A stretch of 64,000 bases of DNA from Camelus dromedarius (lineage: Eukaryota). Made by a program: the position numbers and the translations under genes. The stretch spans positions 82,400,001 to 82,464,000 of the forward strand of contig NC_087436.1 of the NCBI RefSeq assembly GCF_036321535.1, in the 5' to 3' direction. The notes under the pieces were generated by a model. It was given only the letters and a program-made list of their open reading frames with translations. It had not been told where the DNA came from and made no database searches. This document shows, piece by piece, positions 14,387 to 26,518 of the stretch (positions are counted from its first letter, which is position 1; each line of letters begins with the position of its first letter).

Positions 14387-17300
14387 TTTCATGGCACATA
14401 CACACTGGAAAATGTTTTAATCCAGAGGCCACTCTGTTTAGCTTATCTTGGCCGTGAAGGCCATGGCACAGATCTGTGTTCATTTGGACTTCTGTATGTT
14501 TTTTCTTACTCTATTGAGTTCCCTATTTTTTTCATTAACATCTACTCATTCCAGGATACAATGGAAACATACTTGGCATTACTGTTTTCTTTCACTGCTC
14601 TATGGAGGAGTTTTCAGAAATCTAAAAATATTTCAAATGATTACAACCAGTTTTGTTGTTTTAGGGGAAGTCATTTTTAAAAGTTTATTTTAAACTACTA
14701 TGTATATTCTGTAAATCCAAATTACCCTGCTATGAGGATTGGAATCTGAGGTCTAATAAAAGTATAAAAACATATAGCACTGCTGGAAAGTAATACTTAC
14801 CAATATGGAATAATATAAGGAATCACTCCATGGCCACATATTGAAGCCACAGTGACAATGTGGCCATAGTTTCTCATCAACATGGATGGAAGAAGTGCTT
14901 TTGTGATCTTCAGGATCATTGCAGAAAGAAAAGTAAAGAAACAATGACAGGTGTTAGGTTTCCAAATTAGGTAGTTTTATTTTTAAGACAAAATGTCATT
15001 TGAGACAACTTTTGTGGTGAAATGAAATATGTGCCAAGATTCCATGATTACTTCTAAACAAACGATAGAAATGAAAAAGATTAAAATAATTAGTTTCAGC
15101 TGGCATTGAGTGCTGTGCGTTGGCTATCACATGCCAAGAACTCATCTTAATTTCCCCTGCTTCCTTTCAGAGGGAATCAAATATTTCCTTTATGGATATA
15201 TCATCTAAACAATATTATTAAGGGAAAAATCCAGAGTTTTCAGAACTGAAAAAATTCCCTGTGGTAATCTGGTATCATGCGATTGCTTTTGGTTTGGGGC
15301 TTTATCTTTTGAATGAGAAGAATTTAAAATCCTGTGTATCTATATCAAGTTGAGTAGAAAAAGCTGAGTTCTGTACTGACCCATGGTCACAATGCATCAT
15401 AATTAAATTTAATTTCTCCCTACTTGTGATATTGTGCATTATATGTTGATGTTATAGGAAACAAAAAGTCTTTACCTCCAAAAAGCTTTACTGTTTTGTG
15501 AGAAATATCAATATATTTTATGCAAATTTTATAAACCCACCCTATGGACCCTATGCAAATTTATAGACACAGAACTGACAAACCAAGACACCCCCAAAAT
15601 CCTGACCCACAGAAACTGTGAGAGGAAAACGAGCTTTTATTGTTGCTTTAATCCACTAAGTTTTTATATCATTTTTATGCAGCTATAGATAATGAATTCA
15701 TGGGGTCTCTATGTAGTTTGTTGGGCATAATAATCAATTCTCATTAGCATGTGTTAGGGGCTTGGGGAAATTGGGGAACAGATCTCTTTTTTTCTCCTTT
15801 CTTCCAGAATCCAGATTTGTCCTAAGTTCTACACTAATATTGAGGCACTGGGAGATTAATTCATAAAAATGCCCTCTACAAAGGCATACTTCAGTCTCAC
15901 AAAACCAACTAATTATAAAAGGTCTGTATATATATCTAAGCTCCAGCCTGGATCTAGAGCTTGTCTCAGAATGTCATCCGGAAGAGTCCCCAACCCCTAT
16001 ACACACCCAAGTAGTGAGTTCTGTTGTCCTTTCCATTCTGAAATTCCATGACATGAGGTCACAAGTGAATGTACACGATATGCATTTTTTCCCAAAGCAC
16101 TGAGAAGATGTCCACTGACAATCCTTAGCAAAGCTCCACAAATATTTTTTGAGCACCTAGTACATGCCAGGCTTTGTGTTAGATACTGGCCGATAAGGCA
16201 GACTAACTAGACTAACATTTGATGAAAGTTGACTTAAGGCAAAGATTTGAAGTTTCCCATTCAGAAGGATGTGAACTCAATTATGAACTTCACGTACCTT
16301 AAGAAGAGGTGTCAGGAGATATACACAAACTAGGAATGTTTCTGACTCATACTCACCCAAAAATGTCCTAGGATGTTGACCTCAAAAGTCTTGGTGATCT
16401 CTTCATCCTTTGTACTAAGAAGGTCAGCTGGGTATATTGTCCCAGCGTTATTCACCACGATGGTTACATCACCCACTTCTTTCTTTACCTTTTGAAATAG
16501 AAAGAACACATTCATTGGGTGTATTATAGAAACTCAAAGTTTTGAGGTTGATATCATTCCAGGATCAGGATTAGATTCTTTATTCTGTTTGATGAGAGTT
16601 CAGGCAGGAAAGACCTTTAACCCAAACAGTGCTTGCAAAGGAAACACTGCCATAAACCAGTGATAAACTTTTTTTTTTTAATATCTAAATTTCAGTATCC
16701 AATACATCATAGATTTTTTTTAACTTATCAATAAAGTGAAATTAATATGTGTTGATAAATTGATATATCCGTTCTGACCAAACATTTAAAAAGTGCTAAT
16801 TGAGTAATCCTGTTTTCACCTCCTACTAGGTACATGACCTTGGTCTGCTATGTCAGTTCTTACCCAATATTTTAAAAGAGCTAATTGAGTAATCCTGGCT
16901 CCACCACTTACTAGCTACCTGACCTTGGTCTAGCTTAAAATGTCTGAATCTCAATTTGCTTATCTTTCCAATGAGGTTAATAGAGTTATTATGTAGGGAT
17001 TAAGTTAAAGGGGGCAATTGTTTATCAGAGTGCTTGGTTTGTTGTATTTCATATTTACTCTTAAAAGTTGTTATAATTACTAATATTACATTTTCCGTAG
17101 AGTATTAGAATGGCACCAACATAAATAAAATCCCAAAGAGGAAACAATTAAAGGGAAAATTTTTTTTAAATTACTGCAAAATTAATAGGACTAAAATGAA
17201 ACTAGAAAGAGATTCTTTTCCCTGGTGATAAATCTTTTCTCTGTCACTCTATAGCACTGCTCAAACTTCTGATTAGAATGAAATTGATTAATAATATGAA

Positions 17301-20300
17301 ACAATAGCAATAGGCAGAGTTGAGTGGATTATACGCAAGGAAAAAGTACATGTCCTTCTTTGTTCACACAACTTCCTCAACACAGGCTGAAAGAAGATCT
17401 AATTTAAATCAGGCAGTCATAAAGAACCTTTTCATATCCATGTAAGTGGATACAAAATTATGGGAAGAAATTTGTACCCTGAAGTCTCACCTGGTTTACA
17501 GAGTTATAAATCTCTTCTCTGTTACTGCAGTCTACCACAAACACATGGGTGGTGGCCCCTAATTTTCTGCATTCAGCTGCAGTTTCTTCAACACCGTGCT
17601 ACAGTTGGAAAAAACAAATTCAAAAGATGTAGGTCAGCTAGGGGACAAAAGTGAGGGAGAAAGGATTGGAGAAGACTTTTTTTAAAGATTAAAATTCTTG
17701 TCCAAAATGTCCTCCTTGTTTGTGAGCAAATTTCATCAGAGGCCCTGCTTCCCAGAGATAATACCTGGCTTTTCTGCCAGGGAATGCTCATATTAGTCAT
17801 GTGTTTTCACCTTGTTTGCTTTGTTCTTGTAACTTAAAAACATGCTTGAAAGATGTTGCTCTTTGTGGCATCATGAAAGGAGACATTTGAGTATAGAGAA
17901 GAAAAGAAATCTTGACAATTCATATAACATATACTTGTTGAGCACTAACTATGTAATAGGCAGTAAAGCACCAAGCAGCAATTCTAAACTAGTGATAATT
18001 TTAAACTACATACCTCTGCCCATCATACTTTTCTTTTTTTTTTTTTTAACATTTTTTATTGATTTATAATCATTTTACAATGTTGTGTCAAATTCCAGTG
18101 TTCAGCACAATTTTTCAGTCATTCATGGACATATACACACTCATTTTCACATTTTTTTCTCTGTGAGTTATCATAACATCTTGTGTATATTTCCCTGTGC
18201 TATACAGTGTAATCTTGTTTATCTATTCTACAATTTTGAAATCCCAGTCTATCCCTTCCCACCCTCTACCCTCCATCATACTTTTCTTGATGATTCTGAT
18301 TTAATTCTCTAGGAGGGAAGGAGAGGGAAGGAGTAAGAAGGATCTTATTCGAGAAAACTTTTCATGGGGAGACAATGTTACTACTCTTGGGGACATGATA
18401 TTATATTCTTCAATTGTTCTGGAGTGAAAATGGCCAAGGGCCATTGGATGGATTCTCATCGATATTAACTACTTTGCACATAATTCCAGGACATGGAGAC
18501 AGAGTAACTTCTTTTTAGTTTAAATTTAAAGACCTCTTTCCTAAGATAAAACTGCCCTAATGTTTCTTGACCTGCATTTGTGGAAAATTAGAATTCTTTT
18601 CAATTTTTTATTTTTATAGAGCAGATTTTAAAGTTTTCAAAATTATACTTTTTCCTCTAATAATTTGTAAACTCTTCCCTGTGATGAAGAGGTAAAGACA
18701 CCCAAAGAGCCCTTTTTGCACATTGGGATATCAGTGGTGTGCTGTTATTTGGGGCGGTCCTTGAATGAGTGTGCAGTGGTTTCCTTAGCCAGCACTGTCT
18801 CCCCCAGGTCCTTAGAATTTCACCACCAGGCTAAACCCTGGAGCAGCAGTCTGAAGTCCCAAAGAACAGACCCTCCTAGTTTAGGACACTCAATCACGGG
18901 AGCCATTATCCCTCATAGCCTTTTGGGGAGTTGCCGAAGAGTAAGGAGGGAGGACAGAGCATCTTTTACCAGATTAGGTTTCAGCTGGGAGCTTGCTCAC
19001 TGCTAGACTACAAGGTTACACCCTCATATCTCTAGGTTCTAGGTCGGTAGAGCACCCAGCAACAAGAGCCTTAGTCAGATGTTGAGCTAGAGCACTGCAA
19101 AATGTAATGCCTCGCCTTCTTCTCTAGAAGCAAAATACTTACTTTAGCTTCAATTCCAACGTGGTTGTTTACTCCACTTATCACAGTGTTGCTAAATCAA
19201 CTATTCAGATTGACTGTAAGCAAACTGCTAACATGACTTGTAGTGTAAGGCAAAAGCCAGCATAACCAAAAGGCAGTTGGCACCTTCCACAGGTAAAATC
19301 TGAGTTACATTTGCAGCCTTAGGGTGTATCATTTAATACCTTAAATGTTTAATCATGAAACTCAAGGACTTAAAGAGATCCTGTGAGGTTAGGTGATTCA
19401 TCCTTTAGGCAGAATTAAATAAATCATTTTTATTTCTTATCACTGGAATTAAAAATAATAATAAATATGAGCCATCTCCCTCAAAACACACAACTGGAGA
19501 GATCCAAAGATTAGATTTCATCAAGACTTTTTCATGAATTTGTACTTATTTATTTACTTATTTTAATAAGTGCCTAAGAACAGCAGACAATTTTCTTAAT
19601 TTGTAAATTCTTGTTCTTCTCTAGAAAGCTTATTGAAATCTCTTCAAGGACCAAACTGAAACCAAAACACTTTCATGTATATCAGCTTATCCATAATATA
19701 AATGCCCATATCTGTTATATAAAAATGTATCAACTTTTTCTTGAATAGCATTCTTTAATGTCTACAAAGAACTGGAGAACTAGTTTTCTAAATTCAAGAG
19801 ACATTTTTGAAGGCCTTAAGATAATAGGTGCTAACTACACATGACAGCAAAGAACATGATAGAGTAGTAATATAATGGCAATTAAAATCTCATTGTGATA
19901 TGTAAAAAATCTGATTCTCAAAAATGCTTGACCATTTTTTTCCAGTCTTAAAATCCTATAAACATTTGTCTGTGTATATTTTCATGGCCTTATCAGAATT
20001 CAAAGGTTTAGGGGAAATGATAAAAGATTTCAGTTACTTCAGTTTTATTTTGAGTAGTTAATATCGTGTTTACAAATAACAGTACAAGAAAAATCCAGAC
20101 TCTCTGCACGGAGGTTTTATTTAACACAATTAATGTCTATTATGGCCAGGCATTGTTCTAAGCACTTAAAATACTCATTCAATTAGTTCTTTTTTCTGTA
20201 AAGAGCCAGACAGTAAATATTTTAGGATTGTGTGCATGAGAGGAGATACTAAAGGGCTCTGTCACATGGTTCTTCTTTGTTTTTTTATTTGGTTTTTGAT

Positions 20301-20940
20301 TTAAAACAACACTTTAAAAGTGTAAAAACAAACAAACAAAGCAACAACAAAAAACCATTCCTGGCTCAACAGGCTGCTCGGGGACCAGGGTTGGCCCATT
20401 AGTTGTAGTTTACTAACCTCTGTTCTTGCCCATCCATTGAGCTATTACTCTCCTTTCAGAGATGAAGAGATTGGGACAGAAAACATAAGTGACTTCTCAA
20501 TTTAAACAGTTTGGAAGTAGCCTGGCTCCTGAGTCTATGTTATCAAACCTGCATATTGTGGCATAAAAATCACTGCTAAGGTCTCAGTTTGGTTTGTTCC
20601 CTTCATCAAACCATCCTAATGCACAGCATATGTAAAGCCCCAGAAAAATACAAAAGTAAGCAAATGAAAAGGAAAATTTAAACACCTGTCTCACTTGTAC
20701 CTTTAAAAGATGGGCACATGAATTCATTACCTTATTAATATCCCACAGAACCAGTCTGCTTTTCCGTTTTGCAAATTCATAGGCAGTGTGCCTGCCTATT
20801 CCATGCCCGGCTCCTGTAATGAGAACAATCTCCCCAGCCACAGATTTTCTCTTCCGGGGAATGAAAACCTTTACCAAGGATTCCAAGTAGGAGTAGATGA
20901 TGATGATCAGAAGCACAAGGAAATCCAAGACAATATTCAT
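8426..20940 (-). CDS. HSD17B13: 17-beta-hydroxysteroid dehydrogenase 13 (lipid-droplet SDR), complete spliced CDS, 7 exons, 300 aa
   Basis: Exons of 210+108+132+107+138+117+91 = 903 nt join in frame and all have GT/AG. Protein [50 protein letters not shown]...NNAG...YCSSK...[12 protein letters not shown]. Confidence 0.98.
8565..8726 (+). mobile_element. Short L1 3'-end insertion with internal (TA)n, HSD17B13 intron 6
   Basis: Matches 5515-5630; 14-bp TSD TAAAATCTTTGACA at 8551-8564 and 8727-8740. Confidence 0.93.
9210..10150 (+). mobile_element. Old degraded L1 ORF2 (RT) fragment
   Basis: KAFDKI-like and [23 protein letters not shown] remnants. Confidence 0.85.
10443..10559 (-). CDS. HSD17B13: HSD17B13 exon 6
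   Basis: CAG|(R)[38 protein letters not shown](R)|GTAAGT, 117 nt. Confidence 0.97.
12976..13113 (-). CDS. HSD17B13: HSD17B13 exon 5
   Basis: CAG|(C)[45 protein letters not shown](R)|GTGAG, 138 nt. Confidence 0.97.
14356..14383 (+). repeat. (CA)14 microsatellite
   Basis: Read directly. Confidence 0.95.
14801..14907 (-). CDS. HSD17B13: HSD17B13 exon 4
   Basis: [38 protein letters not shown](C)|GTAAG, 107 nt. Confidence 0.97.
16357..16488 (-). CDS. HSD17B13: HSD17B13 exon 3
   Basis: [52 protein letters not shown], 132 nt. Confidence 0.97.
16765..16935 (+). repeat. Diverged 85-bp tandem duplication
   Basis: CTAATTGAGTAATCCTG at 16796 and 16881; TGACCTTGGTCT repeated at the same period. Confidence 0.9.
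17491..17598 (-). CDS. HSD17B13: HSD17B13 exon 2
   Basis: [44 protein letters not shown], 108 nt. Confidence 0.97.
18036..18272 (-). mobile_element. Short young L1 3' end, HSD17B13 intron 1, sense to the gene
   Basis: Reverse complement resembles 52400-52640; T-run tail; 16-bp TSD CCATCATACTTTTCTT at 18020-18035 and 18273-18288. Confidence 0.93.
20180..20425. mobile_element. MER58-like hAT-Charlie DNA transposon
   Basis: TTTTCTGTAAAGAGCCAGACAGTAAATATTTTAGG...GTAGTTTACTAACCTCTG matches the recalled MER58 ends. Confidence 0.7.
20731..20940 (-). CDS. HSD17B13: HSD17B13 exon 1 (aa 1-70; hydrophobic N-terminus, TGAGHGIG)
   Basis: ATG at 20940; ends ...WDINK|GTAATG. Confidence 0.98.
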
Positions 20941-21237
20941 GGCTCTGCTCTGTACTCTTTTCCTCTGGCTCAGTCTGGTCCCCGTCTAGTCCCAGCAAAG
21001 AGCCACCCTCTGCAGAGAGCTCCAGAGAAGAGCTGTATTCCAAGTGCTGATGGGACTAGCAGAGGTAAACAGTTGCAGGCAGACTTTGTACACGTGTTCT
21101 AGTAGTAAGACACATCTTGAGCTTTTGAAATGAGGCCAGTTGCAAGTAAAAACCTGACATAGGGACAAGGAAACTCAAAAGAAAGTGCACTCTGGACTTA
21201 CTTTCTAAGAAGCAGTTCTATATCATATGTTTCACTA
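20941..21237 (-). promoter_or_regulatory. HSD17B13 5' UTR and proximal promoter
   Basis: Unique sequence between the ATG and the first LTR. Contains GTAAACA (21065-21071), CACGTG (21091-21096), DR1-like AGTCCAgAGTGCA (21186-21198, - strand) and TTCTAAGAA (21203-21211). Confidence 0.6.
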
Positions 21238-22535
21238 TGTCAACTGGAAAACAATGCACAACTTAAAGTTAAGAATTATGTTTTATTTGGTGGCTTTACT
21301 GAGAACCATCTCCCAGATAGTTCTGAGAAACTGCTCCAAAGAGGTAAAGAAGGAGCCAAGATACACAGGCTCAATATCACTAACTATCAGAGAAATGCAA
21401 ATCAAAACTACCATGAGGTATCACCTCACATCAGTCAGAATGGCCATCATTCAAAAGTCCACAAATGATAAATGCTGGAGAAGCTGTGGAGAAAAGGGAA
21501 CCCTCCTATACTGCTGGTGGGAATGCAGTTTGGTGCAGCCACTGTGGAAAACAGTGTGGAGATTCCTCAAAAGACTAAAAACAGACTTACCATATGATCC
21601 AGCAATCCCACTCCTGGGCATATATCCAGAGGGAACCTTAATTCAAAAAGACACCTGCACCCCAATGTTTATAGCAGCACTATTTACAATAGCCAAGACA
21701 TGAAAACAACTTAAATGTCCATCAATGGATGACTGGATAAAGAAATTGTGGTATATTTATACAATGGAATACTACTCAACCATAAAAAAGGTAAAATAAT
21801 GCCATTTGTAGCAACCTGGATGGCTCTGGAGATCATCATTCTAAGTGAAATAAGCCAGAAAGAGAAAGAAAAATACCATATGATATCACTCATATGGGAA
21901 TCTTAAAAAAAAAAAAGACAAATGAACTTATTTATAAAACAGAAACAGACTCACAGATGTAGAATACAGACTTGTGGTTGCCAGTGGGGATGGGGGTGAG
22001 AAGGGATAAACTGAGAGCCTGAGATTTGCAGGTACTGACTGGTATATATAAAATAGATAAACAAGTTTATACTGTATAGCACAGGGAAATATATTCAATA
22101 TCTTGTAGTAGCTTACAGTGAAAAAGAATATGAAAATGGATATATGTATATTCATTTATGACTGAAGCATTGTGCTGTACACCATAAATTGACACAACAT
22201 TGTAAACTGACTATACCTCAATAAAAAAAAAGATACACAGGAATTTTCAGGGGGGGATGGCAAAACATGTAGTCGAATATCAAAGATTACTGCTAATCAC
22301 AAAAAAACAGACATCTTAAGTTAATGATTTAGTGCTTTTCTAAGTATGGGAAGATGGGTTCCTTGACATTATTCCTTTGATATGCCCCTTAAGTATCTTA
22401 GGCCAATATCCTGTTTTTGTCTATCCTGAATTCCTCTCAGTGTGCATGGTTGGGGGCTACAGTGGCTGATGTCTTGATAGCCAGCAACATTCATTGTTTA
22501 CAGATTGGCAGGCAATATTTTATTCTTTGTCCACA
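21238..22535 (-). mobile_element. ERV1 solo LTR, MER41-like (cetartiodactyl type), split by an L1
   Basis: TGT...ACA termini. TGTCAACTGGAAAACAATGCACAAC, GTTTTATTTGG, GATAGTTCTGAGAAACTGCTCCAAAGAGG and GATTTAGTGCTTTTCTA resemble the recalled MER41_BT-type consensus. The two halves rejoin across the L1 TSD. Confidence 0.7.
21370..22229 (+). mobile_element. 5'-truncated L1 (about 860 bp) nested in the MER41-like LTR
   Basis: ORF2 C-terminus ([15 protein letters not shown]...) plus 3' UTR; 12-bp TSD AAGATACACAGG at 21358-21369 and 22230-22241. Confidence 0.95.
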
Positions 22536-22960
22536 GCCCTGAAGTTTTACCTCTAGAAATAATTCTAGAGATAGTACATCAGCTAATGGTCTCTTGGTGT
22601 CTCTCTGCAAACTATTTTTTTTTTAATGAAGGAAAAGGAGAAAGTAGAGATACTATCTTATGGAAACTAAGTATGGACTAGCCAAGCTTAGTTTGATTTC
22701 ATTTATTCATAAATGCTCAGCATCCATATTTCAGACAGCTAATCATTTTACATGAGATGACCATTTCCCTGAAAACCTCTTGAGTTTGGGGGAGATTGTA
22801 GGTTATATAAAGCAATCAATTCTCTTTGTGATAATATAGGAAAGAGTATTAGATCAGGAGCCAGAAGTCTCCTACTTAAAAGTGGTGTGACTTCCAATAC
22901 CCAAAAAGTAGAAACACTCAAGTGTACATCAATGGGTAAACAAAATGTAATATATACATA

Positions 22961-23500
22961 CATAAGGGAGCAAAATTTACCACCCCAAAATATGTCTCCT
23001 TGGCATGGGAATTAATTTAGGTTGATTATTTTTAAGAAACAGAACACTCAAGAAGTCTTTGTTTTTACTTCCCAATAAGCTGTCTAAAGATTTTAAATAA
23101 AGGGCCCATTCCCAGAATAGCACTATCACCAGAGCTATCTACAAAGAGTATAGGCTAGGTGTGGACTCAGGGTCTCAAGATCGGAGTTCACTGTGTCCCA
23201 TTGTCTCTGCATGGCCCAGCAAACATTTGTTTACCAAACATTTGCTTTCCCATCTCCATATAAATTTCCTCTTTCCCCTTTGAAACCTCAAGCCACTACC
23301 CTCCATATCCTCTTTTGTCTTTAGCTGACGGTATTTAAGGTGAGGGCTTCAGCCCATTTTGGCAAGTTACTCAGTTTTGCTGGTATACATGTTATTAACT
23401 TTTATTTGACTGTCTTCTGTTAATCTTTTTCATGCCAATTTAATTCTTACCCAGCCAGAAGAATCCAGAAGGGTAGAGTAAAATTTCTCCCTGCCTAAAA
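22961..23500 (+). mobile_element. ERV1 solo LTR (MER34-like)
   Basis: AAAATTTACCACCCCAAAATATGTCTCCTTGGCAT start and GAAGGGTAGAGTAAAATTTCTCCCTGCC end; internal TATTTAAG; 4-bp near-TSD cata/tata. Confidence 0.7.
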
Positions 23501-23776
23501 TATACAATGCAATGTTATTTATCCTTAAAATGAAATGCAGTTCTGACACATGCTACAACATGGTTGAATCTTGAAAAAATGCTAGGTGAAATAAGCAAGA
23601 CACAAAAGGACAAATATATGATTCCACTTGTAAAACCTAGAATAGTCAAATACACAGAGACAGAAAGTAGAATGCTGGTTACCAGGCCTGGGAATGGGGT
23701 TGGCTAGGGAGAATGAGGAGCTGCTGTTTAAGAGATATGGAGTTTCAATTCAAGGTGATGAAAAAGTTATAGAGAT

Positions 23777-25103
23777 GACAGCCTCATGTAAATCAATGAA
23801 ATTGGAACGCTCTCTCACACCATATACAAAAATAAACTCAAAATGGTTTAGAGACCTAAATATAAGACATGACGCCATAAAACTCCTAGAGTTCTAGGAG
23901 AGAACATAGGCAAAATATTCTCTGACATAAATTGTAGCAATGTTTTTTAGATCAATCTCTCAAGGCAAAATAAATAAAAGCAAAAATAAACAAAATGGGA
24001 CCTAATCAAATTTAAAAGCTTTTGCACAGCAAGGGAAACCATAAACAAATGAACAGACAATCTATGGAATGAAACAAAATATTTGCAAACAATATGACTG
24101 ATAAGGGCTTAATTTCCAAAATATATAAACAGCTCATACAACTCAATATCAAAAAACAAACAAACCAATCAGAAAGTGGGCAGAAGACCTAAATAGACAT
24201 TTCTCCGAAGAAGACATACCAATGAGAAGATGGCCAACAGGCACATGAAATATGCTCAATGTCACTAATTATTAGAGAAATGCAAAAACCACAATGAAGT
24301 AACATCTCATAGCAGTCAGTGGCCATCATCAAAAAGTCTACAAAAATAAATGCTGGGAAGGGTGCAGACAAAAGGGAACCCTCCTACACTATTGGTGGTA
24401 ATGTAAATTGGTGCAGCCACTATGGAGAACGTATGGAGAGTCGTTATAAAACTGAAATTAGAGCTACCCCATGATCAAGTAATTCCACTCCTTGACAAAA
24501 AAAAAAAAAAAAAAAAGGTGGAAAAGACAAAAACTCTAATTCAAAAAGATACATCCATTCCAATGTTCATAGCAGCACTATTTACTATAGCCAAGATATG
24601 GAAGCAACCTAAATGTCCACTGACAGATGAATAGATAAAGAAAATGTGGTAGATATATAATGGAATACTACTCAGCCATAAAAAGAATGAAACAATGCCA
24701 TTTGCTGCAACATGGATGGACCTAGAGAATATCACACTAAGTGAACTAAGTCAGACAGAAAAAGACAAATATATGATATCACTTATATGTGGAATCTAAA
24801 AAAAATGAGAAAAAAGAACTTATTTATAAAATAGAAACAGGCTCATAGTCATAGAAGACAAACTTATGGTTATCAAAGGGGAAAGGAGTGGGGGAAGGAT
24901 AAATTAGGAGTATGGGATTAATAGCTACATACTACTATATACAAAATAAACAATAAGGATTTATTATATAGCACAGGGAACTATATTTAGTATCTTGGAA
25001 TAACCTACAGTGGAAAATTATCTGAAAAATAAAGTATAACTGAATCACCTTACTGAACACCTGAAACTAACACAATATTGTAAATCAACTATACTTCAAT
25101 TTT
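23777..25103 (+). mobile_element. 5'-truncated L1 (about 1.3 kb)
   Basis: ORF2 end plus 3' UTR; 16-bp TSD AAAAAGTTAT(A/G)GAGAT at 23761-23776 and 25104-25119. Confidence 0.93.
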
Positions 25104-25461
25104 AAAAAGTTATGGAGATAGATGGTGGTGATGGTTCCACAATAATATGAATATACTTAATGCCATTGAACTGTCCTTTTAAAAGTGGTTAAAGTAGTAA
25201 ATATTATGTTATGTATATTTTACCACACACACACAAAAAGTGGTATGACTTCAGGCAATCCTTTTTATTTTTCCTATGTGTCAGTTTTCTAATCTGGAAA
25301 ATAAAGATGAAAATAAGTGCTTCTGGGTAAAATGCTTTTACCCAACACAGACCTTCACCACACACCATAAGCTCAACGTTCCTCACACCCACACACAAGG
25401 GGGTTATGAAGATTAAAAGAGAGAGCATGTATATGAAGTAGATTTGCTAGTAGTAAATGGT

Positions 25462-25982
25462 TATGAGAGAGGTGATTAGGAGGCTTACTGACCCTGGCTG
25501 ATTTGGAAGGGAAAGACAGTGCCAGGCTGATGAAAGGCAGGACATCTCTCTTATCCCACAGCTGGCTCCTTAATTACAAGGACTTAGTCATACAACAGGA
25601 CGATTTATGTTCCACCATTGCTGCATTAATTCCAAGGACATACCCCAGTTTCTCTTTCTTTGTTCTCTTCCTCCCCCTGAAGTTTCAGTTTTAGGGCTGA
25701 GCTGCATGACAGAAGAGCCAATAGTAGAAGATGACTGGCACCCCTGGAATGAAGATAATGGTGGCAGAACCTTCTGATAAAAGACCCTGCAGCTGATCGT
25801 GGGCTGGATCTGTCTCCACCAGCTACCCACTAGAGTACTTTCTTTTCCTCTCTCTCTGAGCAATAAAAGCAACTCTTTTTTCACTTGGTCCCTCTTCCTC
25901 TATTGGGAATTCTTTCCCAGTTGGCGGGCAAGACCCATACACTGGGGAGGGGTTGCCCACCCGTTTGTTGGGCTTTCCAATT
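25462..25982 (+). mobile_element. Probable old ERV solo LTR
   Basis: LTR-like order of motifs: GATAAAAGACC TATA-like, AATAAA (25862), then U5-like GAATTCTTTCC...GCAAGACCC. Family not identified. Confidence 0.5.
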
Positions 25983-26029
25983 TGTGAGTTCCTCTATCCA
26001 CTAATAGTTATATAAACCAAATAATAATA

Positions 26030-26260
26030 ATGGTCGTTATTTAAATTTATTAAGCATTTACTATATGCCATGGACTTATTTAAGGGCTTTCTATAGCAAC
26101 TTATTTAATCCTCACAGGAAGTATTTGAAGTACTATTAGAGTGAGCATTGTACAGATGAAGAAACTGATGGATAGAAGAGTGAAGTAACTTGCTGAAGTC
26201 ACATAGCCAGCGAGAGTTTGAGTTAGGACTCTAACCCAGGAAATCAGATTGGAAAACCCC
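26030..26260 (-). mobile_element. MIR SINE (others at about 5645-5820, 16890-17040, 34420-34540, 37740-37920, 44710-44890, 55570-55760, 62600-62790)
   Basis: MIR core TTTAATCCTCAC...TACAGATGAAGAAACTGA...AAGTAACTTGC...GTCACATAGC. Confidence 0.8.
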
Positions 26261-26300
26261 AACTTTCAACTTAGACCAACTAAGTTAAAACCAACCAGCC

Positions 26301-26518
26301 AAATGGCTCTCAACCAAGGATACTTTTGCCCCAAAGGAGACATTGTGCCATGTCTGGAGACATTTTTGGTTGTCACACCTCAGGTGTGCTAGTGATATCT
26401 GGTGGGTAAAGGCCAGGAATGTTGCTAAACATCTTCCAATGCACAGACAGCCCTGTGCATTGAAGGAAAGGACTATCTAGCCCCAAATGGCAGTGGCACT
26501 GGGGTTGAGACATCGTGA
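26301..26518. mobile_element. MER20 (hAT-Charlie)
   Basis: ATGTCTGGAGACATTTTTGGTTGTCAC...GGCCAGGAATGTTGCTAAACATC...GGTTGAGA. Confidence 0.85.

Larger units (their letters stand above)
22885..25240 (+). mobile_element. Old L1MB-like 3' end interrupted by an LTR and a younger L1
   Basis: Pieces 22885-22960, 23501-23776 and 25104-25240 read as one continuous L1 3' UTR. Confidence 0.8.

Noticed and set aside
20584..20730. ORF-track extension of HSD17B13 exon 1 to 118 aa
   Set aside because: Read-through into intron 1; homology ends at the GT donor at 20730.
20777..21043. Apparent uORF overlapping the HSD17B13 start
   Set aside because: Begins with TTG, not ATG, and may start upstream of the transcription start.
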